Positions 56,883 to 64,000 of a DNA stretch of 64,000 nt are shown here, piece after piece (within the stretch, counting starts at the first letter, position 1; every line of letters begins with the position of its first letter). A program made the position numbers and the translations under genes. Origin of the DNA: an uncultured Nitrososphaeraceae archaeon (GTDB lineage: Archaea > Thermoproteota > Nitrososphaeria > Nitrososphaerales > Nitrososphaeraceae); the NCBI GenBank assembly GCA_963779615.1, contig CAVZZA010000001.1:128001-192000 (forward strand), read 5' to 3'. The notes below the pieces were generated by a model. The model saw only the letters and a list, made by a program, of their open reading frames with translations. It made no database searches and was not told the DNA's origin.

Positions 56883-57194
56883 AATGGGTGATTTGGTGAC
56901 TGGATGGTTGACCAGTCATAATTTGTTATTTTTTCCATGTTGTTTTTGATTAAGACCAACATGGTTTTGAAAAACCATGATTCAGATAAGTTCCTCATAC
57001 CGTTTCCCTAACCTGCCCTAAAATTCCAACTCAACAGATTGACTAAAAAATTATGGGAAATTCTATTAAATAATCATCTCAACTTATTTCATAATGAAAT
57101 TTCGGTAATCTTTACAGGCCAACAATTTCATTAGGAACTTTACGTATAAGGTGACTGATTCCAATTATACCAACAAAAGTACGTTGTTTCATTA

Positions 57195-58743
57195 ATGAAA
57201 AACACAAACAAAATGCTGATGATGGCAGCATGCACATTATTACTAGTTATGGGAACAAGTATTATCCCAATGCAGTCATTTGCAGACAGGGGTGATTACA
57301 AAGATGAAAAAGGCAACGACCTTAAGTCAAAATTAAGTGCAATCGCTGAATCAGACATAAAAGAGCGCAGGTCAAGAAATGGACCAAGACAACCTCTGCT
57401 ACAGGGGCGACGACTGTGAGCAGGCCAACCAGGGACAGCAGATAGTGGGCAAAGACAATGATGCAGAGGGATTCAATGACCAAAGCAGCAGCAACACTCA
57501 ACAAACTACTACGTCTACAACAGCCGGTAATGGCACAACACCAGCACCTATGCCAAAAACAGGTTCCCTTTTAGTCACAAAAAATGTTTTCTGTCCTTTT
57601 GGTTTTACATGTCCACAACCATCAGCTTTTACAATGCATGTCACAGGAACTACGGGTAATAATAATCCCAATCCAAGTTCATTCGCTGGTTCCCCGGATG
57701 GTACCACAGTAACGGTGAATATTGGTACTTACAATGTCACTGAAGATATTCCTACTAATGCACCTGCACAGTTAAAACTGGTGCAAAACTTTAGTGCAGA
57801 TTGCAGTGGCAGCATAAATTCTCCGGGTGAAAACAAAAAATGTGTTGCAATAAACGATTACATACCAAAGCAATATGTATTTTTGTCAAAATGGGGTTCT
57901 TTTGGCACCGGCAATGGGCAGTTTAATGACCCGTCGGGAATTGCAATAAACCCCTCCACAGGCAACGTGTACGTGGCAGATTCAGACAACAACCGCATCC
58001 AGGTGTTTGACAGCAGCGGCACTTTCATCACAAAGTTTGGAACCTCTGGCACCGGCAATGGCCAGTTTGATAGACCTGTTGGCATTGCAATAAACCCCTC
58101 CACAGGCAACGTGTATGTAACAGATTCAGAAAATAATCGTGTACAGGTGTTTGACAGCAGCGGCACTTTCATCACCAAGTGGGGTTCTTTTGGCACCGGC
58201 AATGGGCAGTTTAATCTTCCTTATGGCATTGCGATAAACCCGTCAACAGGCAACGTGTACGTGGCGGACACCGGCAACAACCGCATCCAGGTGTTTGACA
58301 GCGCCGGCAACTTCATCACAAAGTTTGGAACCACTGGCACAGGCAATGGCCAATTTAATTTTCCGTTTGATGTTGCAATAAACCCCTTCACAGGCAATGT
58401 GTATGTAACAGATGATATTAACAACCGCATCCAGGTGTTTGACAGCAGCGGCACTTTCATCACCAAGTGGGGTTCTTTTGGCACCGGCAATGGGCAGTTT
58501 AATCTTCCCGCTGGCATTGCAGTGGAACCCTCCACAGGCAATGTGTTTGTGGTAGATCGGGGAAATAACCGCATCCAGGTGTTTGACAGCAGCGGCACAT
58601 TTATAACAAGTTTCGGATCTTTTGGCACTGGTGATGGACAGATTGCCGCAGCTTGGGGCATTGCTGTGAATCCGTCAACAGGCAATGTGTATGTGGCAGA
58701 CCAGAGCAATCACCGTATACAGGTATTTACTCTGGATCCTTAA
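57195..58743 (+). CDS. secreted QN/CC-module protein with beta-sandwich and 6-bladed NHL propeller (+1 frameshift at ~57358)
   Basis: Signal peptide ending PMQSFA; MDQDNLCYRGDDCEQANQGQQIVGKDNDAEGFNDQS; six 47-aa NHL repeats (GIAINPSTGNVYVAD..NNRIQVFD). Confidence 0.88.
57890..58735 (+). repeat. six intragenic 141-bp NHL repeats
   Basis: Near-identical units containing AACCGCATCCAGGTGTTTGACAGC at 141-bp spacing. Confidence 0.9.
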
Positions 58744-58953
58744 TTAACACCTAGAATAATTTATAACTATTAATAGGGAAATGAATGAGCAGCAGTCCCA
58801 CCTTTCTTTTATGCGACAAGGAAAACTATGCTTTTTAACAAACACCAAATATCTCATATGAGCCATATTAATTAGTTATTTTTGTAATTTCCATATCAAA
58901 ATTACTCAAAACACGAATTATCCAATTAGATTCCATTCACTTTTGAATCATAT

Positions 58954-59945
58954 CCCTCCGGGCCCGTTATCCATTGGATTCAAATAATTTTTCATTTCCA
59001 ATGACCATAGAAGGGAAGGAAGGAGACAGATTATCGCCTGAAGTTAACAACAGCCATCACAAACACATAGAGAAGAAGACAAAGAATCAGTGACATATAG
59101 CGACACCGGAATTCTATTATTGTCTGACCAGTGCTGACACGCCAGAAAAGCTAACAAAATGGGCTGCCCAGGGTCATGACAAGACATCCGGAATAGCCTT
59201 GTGGTCCTCTTTAGCCACTGAAAAACATGATGGTGAGGGCGATGCTGCCTCCTTTCAGCAATTTATTGCTAACAGCATGGTACTTCCCTCATCCGTGTTT
59301 CATGTTCAACGTCACCATAACCTCCTCTCCCCACATGCAAGCGCATGACGATATTTCCTGCTGCCTACTTGGGTTCTGGATGACCGCGGCATGCAGCACC
59401 CCAGGCAAGCATGGGCATCGATCTCCAAAGCAAACGTGGATGGTCCAGATCCCTCCCCTTCCAGGTGAGCAGCACCCTTCACGTACCCCAAGGTGAGGAC
59501 AACCCGCTTTGGGGTTGTCCCGTAACCATTGCTGGCGTCAAGGGCAGGAGATGCCTATGCGGCACGACACGCTTTACAAAAAAAAGAACCCAACCATTGC
59601 CAAAATGTTTATATATAAGTATAGGGGTTGTGTACTTTTATACACCCTCTTATAATGAATTATCCATAAGTATACTATGTCGACATTGCTTATAACGCAA
59701 AACAGAGCACCGGGCAAGCATTTGCCAACCATTCGTTTGAGGATGGGGTGTTTTTCTGTTGCCACTCACATAGCCACATTCCCGGGGCTGACACAGCATG
59801 TTTGGACCTGGTGTTCGCATACCCATCCACCACGGCGGCAGCATATGCCATCACCCTGGTTTGGACCTATGAATAGTTGTGGTTGTTAGACTGGTCTTTC
59901 TGCAATGCGCCACATCGACGATGCGGTGGTAATTTGCATTACTAC
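58954..59945 (+). repeat. ~1 kb tRNA-end-anchored repeat, copy 2 (begins with att-like site E)
   Basis: Starts CCCTCCGGGCCCGTTATCCA; colinear with 7087-8057. Confidence 0.9.
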
Positions 59946-60085
59946 CGCAAAAACTTGCAAGGCAAGCCCCCTTGGAAAGACAGCCTGCCTTCAATCCAGG
60001 TGACTGGCGCATGTGTCACTTTCCCTGGTAGTGAGTACATTATCCTGTAGCCCGGGTCAAGTGCCTGGTCCAAAGGTCAAGATCC

Positions 60086-60285
60086 TTAGATTTGCGCCAT
60101 ACCCCCATCGGCGAACAGATCAATGCCTGTGATGAAACTGCTGTCGTCTGAGGCGAGGAACAGGACGACTTTGGCTATTTCATAAGGGCTTCCCATTAGC
60201 CCAACCCATTGGCAAGATAGATGGACAAAAGGCGCCCCCACGAACTGCCCCATTTGTTCGTCAGTCTCTCAGACTGCCCTGGCCC
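60086..60285 (-). pseudogene. SDR oxidoreductase C-terminal remnant
   Basis: [36 protein letters not shown]. Confidence 0.85.
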
Positions 60286-60384
60286 TCTTTGCCCTACATC
60301 ACAAGATGGATTTGGACCATCATCGCCAGTGAAAACTATCAGTCATTTAAAGCCCATAAAATGGTGGCAGGCGCAGTAGGGACA

Positions 60385-62248
60385 TCATCTTATTTGGCTA
60401 AAGTTTGCCGGCACTATATCCGCAGAGGTGATGGTTATCTGCGACTGATTAATAGGTGGCGATGCACTCGCTAGTGCCTCATAGTATGCCTGCCCTCGGG
60501 GAATCACAACACCCACATCTTTTGCGTATGTATCATAAGCGGATATTAATTTCTTCATTATGTCAGGATGTTGATCTGCCACGTTAATCGTTTCAGTGGG
60601 ATTTTCTGTAATATTGACTAACTGCCATTTTCCATCACCCACGGGTGGTTCATGCTTTATAGCTTTCCAATCACCCATGTATACAGCGGAATTGTTGAAC
60701 ATCTCATCTGCCACTGTGTCGTTTTCTCCATATACTCTGTCTGCAGTTCCATTAAAGAGTGCTTTTAATGACTTCCCCATTATTGGATGCACTTCATGTC
60801 CATTATAGGATGAATTCGCGCTCTGAACTCCTGCATATTCCAGAAGGGTAGGAGTGATGTCAGTGACATAGGCAAATGCCTTGATCATTTTTGGATCTGA
60901 CATGTTCGAGCCTGAAGTTGAGGTTGAGGTTGAGGATGAAGATACTCCAGGCTCTTTGAATATAAGTGGAACTCTGGTGCCCCCTTCATATTCGCTTGTC
61001 TTGAATCCAGATAGCGGAGAAGCAGAGGGATCAGCACCCCACGCGGCGTAGTTAATCTGGGATGTCCCGTTACCCAGATTTGATAGTGTATGGTTAACTT
61101 GAGCAACAAACTGAGCCATGCCTGAGCTCATTGAACTGAATTTGATGCCAAGCAGCGGCCCTGGTTCGCTGGTGCCGTTATCGGAAGCAAAAATAATCAG
61201 GGTATTGTCATACTGCCCGGTGTCCTTCAGAAATTGTATCATTCTGCCTATATTTTCATCCATGTTTTCAATCATGGCGGCCCGTACTGCTAATATTCTG
61301 GATGCATAGGATTGTTGTTCTCCTGATAAGCTCTGTCCATGGCTGGTTTGGTGGTATTCTGTCGGGTAGTTTCATATCCGCATTCCAAAATCCAAGTTCC
61401 TTTTGTTTTTCAAACCTCTGTTCCCTTATTTTGTCCCATCCTATACTGTATGTCTTGTCGTATTTGCTTATTGTCTCCTGTGGTGACTGAAAAGGTGAAT
61501 GCGCAACTTGGAAAGACAGATAGGCGAAGAATGGCTTTGCATCGGTAGAATTTTTGATAAATTCCATCATTTTGTCAGTGTACAGATTGTTGGAATAGAG
61601 AGTTTGATTGCCCGGTCTTGGAATGGCTTTACCGTTTTCTGCGAATTGTATTTTTTCAATTGGTGAGTCGGGATAACCGTTAAAGTGGTTGGCTGCACCA
61701 TTGAGCAATGTCAAGCTTTGCTCAAAGCCTCTGTTAAATGGCCAGGTTCCGTTTTCAAAGTGATTCCCTGATAGATGCCACTTGCCAGAGAGATAGGTAT
61801 GATATCCACCATCACGCAACAGCTCCGCAACTGTAACCACTCTATTGTTTATCCAGGTTTCATAGCCAGGCTTACCTACCTGATTTTGAGCAATTAATTC
61901 ATACATGGAACCTATCCCGCCAATATGATGGTCTACACCAGTGAGCAGTGCTACTCTAGCAGGAGAGCAGACCGGTACAGTGTGATAGTTCGTCAAGATC
62001 TTACCATCTTTTGCCAAAGTGTCAAGGTTTGGCGTTGAAATTTCACCGCCAAAAGCGCCTATATCGGAATATCCAAAATCATCACCCACTATCATCAGGA
62101 TATTTGGTCGCGTGTCCCCAGCTGCAGCTGGTTGAGCAGAAACTGGTTGATATGGATCTGATAATGGATGACTCATTACTGGCATGCCAACAAGTCCCAA
62201 GATTAATAAAAACATGAAGTTAATTGACAAAAATGATTGTTTCTTCAA
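60385..62248 (-). CDS. secreted arylsulfatase (+1 frameshift at ~61337)
   Basis: Signal peptide; PNILMIVGDD, formylglycine motif CSPARVALLTG, GKWHL, SDNG, YEGGTRVP. Confidence 0.92.
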
Positions 62249-62907
62249 TAACCATTATCACAAATATTTTTATTTAAACTTATAGTATAGTATTCATATA
62301 GTGAATATTTCACGACATATCCAAAGTAGATGAAACACAGGAGAGGTAACAATGCAAGGTCAATGGCAAGTTAGCGGCGCTACCTCCGCTAAATCAACAG
62401 GCTGAAAAAAAGGGCATGTGAATTAACATCATTGTCTTAAAGACAATCTAGTGGAAAGTAGTGAAAAGGATCCATTTCATACTCCTGATTACTTCTATGA
62501 GTCAAAGATACAATGAGTCAAGGCATGCCATAATTGTGAATTAATGGACCGACACTGAAAGAGACTTTACTGTAAGATCTACTATTACAATAACTTTACA
62601 AATGAGATCATCTTGCATCCATCGCCAGATGATGCAAAAACTAGGATGTATTCATGGGTAGTAGTGATGGAACAACCGTCCAGAGACAAAAACCAACCAC
62701 AACAGCCGGCAAAGGTCATCAATCTAGGCTTAGATGTATGCACATCTAAACACATTAACAATCTATTACCACAAAGGATACTCGAAAATTTAATAGCATG
62801 CTATCTGCCCTTGTGTGCAACATATCGAGTAAAAACCATTGCTTGATGGGCAATTTGAGAACAGTAAAACCTGCCAAATAAAAAAAATTGTGCTGTGGTT
62901 CATCGCC

Positions 62908-64000
62908 TCATCCAGAAGATATCTTCACTGGTGGCGGGCTCCATGTCCGTCAAGAGCCTGCTCTGCTGGCAGATACATACGCAGGATAAGGTTGAATGAT
63001 CCCTCTGGAGCCGGCAGCCAGTTTGATTCCCTTTCAGGCCCAGGGTTTTTGTTCTGCACATATAGGTCAAGTGAGCCATCGGTGTTGTTCTTTAACCCCT
63101 CTGTGAACATGCCAATCGCATAGCGGTTTATAGGATTGTCTACAAACAACGATTTGTTGTTGTACATTGTGATGGACCAGAATGCGTTTACTGGGGGGGT
63201 TTGTCCCTGATCAAAGTGGATTGTGTAGTTGTTTGAACCGGTGAGAGGCTGCCCTTGGATATCAGTGAATGTTGCAGGATAGAGGGCTTCCTGTCCTATG
63301 TTTGCGCCAAACCCAAGTTTGGTGACTGCGGCACGGAAAAGGTAGTCTGTTCCGTATACACCAGGTGCTGCGTTCACAAGCCATCCGTTAACCTTTTCCC
63401 CGAGGTTGGCCACTTTTGCGTCTATCAGCCTTTCCCCCTCTGTTATGCCCGTTTGCAGCGCCGCCTTTATTGTGTCATTGGCTTCGTTTGATGGCACCTT
63501 GCCGGGGCCAACGCCTATGACGGCAAGCTTGCCGACCAAAGCAGGATCGGGCGGGTTTAGCGGGTTGCCAGTCATTGCCTTGCCAATCTCATCATATATT
63601 TTGATTCCGGTGGAGGGTATGAGGGCAGGTTGCGGTGCGATTGGAACTCCACTCGTTGACGCGTTGACTGATGCCGCTGCTGCTGTTGTTGTGTTGCCTT
63701 GATAGGCTGATAGGGGTGTCAGGCTTGTCTTGTCCTGGATTGCCTGAACATTGGCGACATCCTGCGGTCCCTTCACAAGGGTTCTTTGCAGTATCCATGC
63801 AAGGTTGTTGGGGGTCCATATCTTTGTCATCCCGTCGGGGACCTGCCCGTTCCAGTCAGGGCCTGCAATGAGGTATGTGCCGCCGGTGGACCCTGTGGCC
63901 CGTGTTCCAACGTACGCATAGTCATTTGTGTATGCGTCCAAAAACTCAAATGTGTAATACCTGTCCGAAATTGGCGGAACCTTGAGAACAACTGGCTCTT
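62908..64000 (-). CDS. DUF1254/DUF1214 domain protein (5' end outside the window; frameshift near the 3' end)
   Basis: YLIAGPDWNG, YGTDYLFRA, PPVNAFWSITMY, NPINRY, NWLPAPEGSFNLILRMYLP. Confidence 0.9.

Noticed and set aside
57890-58735. Regularly spaced near-identical repeats resembling a CRISPR array
   Set aside because: The units are in-frame 141-bp NHL coding repeats with no unique spacers, and no cas genes are present

Overview
AT-rich archaeal DNA whose gene content points to a soil ammonia-oxidising archaeon (Nitrososphaeraceae, Ca. Nitrosocosmicus-like; this is an inference). The left part (about 2.1-21 kb) is an accessory island anchored at tRNA-Arg(TCG). It carries a truncated tyrosine integrase, four degenerate copies of the tRNA 3' end, GC-rich oxidoreductase cargo, an HxlR/MFS module, a GH5 hydrolase, a histidine kinase and many pseudogenes. 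The middle holds stress and storage genes: a Mn-catalase with an IS6 element just upstream of its start codon, duplicated M23 peptidases and duplicated phasin-like genes. It also holds a DNA-repair cluster (Hef-like helicase, XPB, Bax1) and tRNA-Pro(CGG). The right part is accessory again, with IS remnants, a tRNA-Glu fragment, a second copy of a ~1 kb tRNA-end-anchored repeat, an arylsulfatase and a DUF1254/1214 gene. The most striking unexplained feature is a family of six secreted proteins that share a signal peptide and a ~38-aa Gln/Asn-rich two-cysteine module. The module stands alone or is fused to collagen stalks or an NHL propeller, making it a candidate modular extracellular fibre/adhesin system. 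Many single-base frameshifts in otherwise intact genes may be assembly errors. All homology calls come from motif recognition by eye, not database searches.
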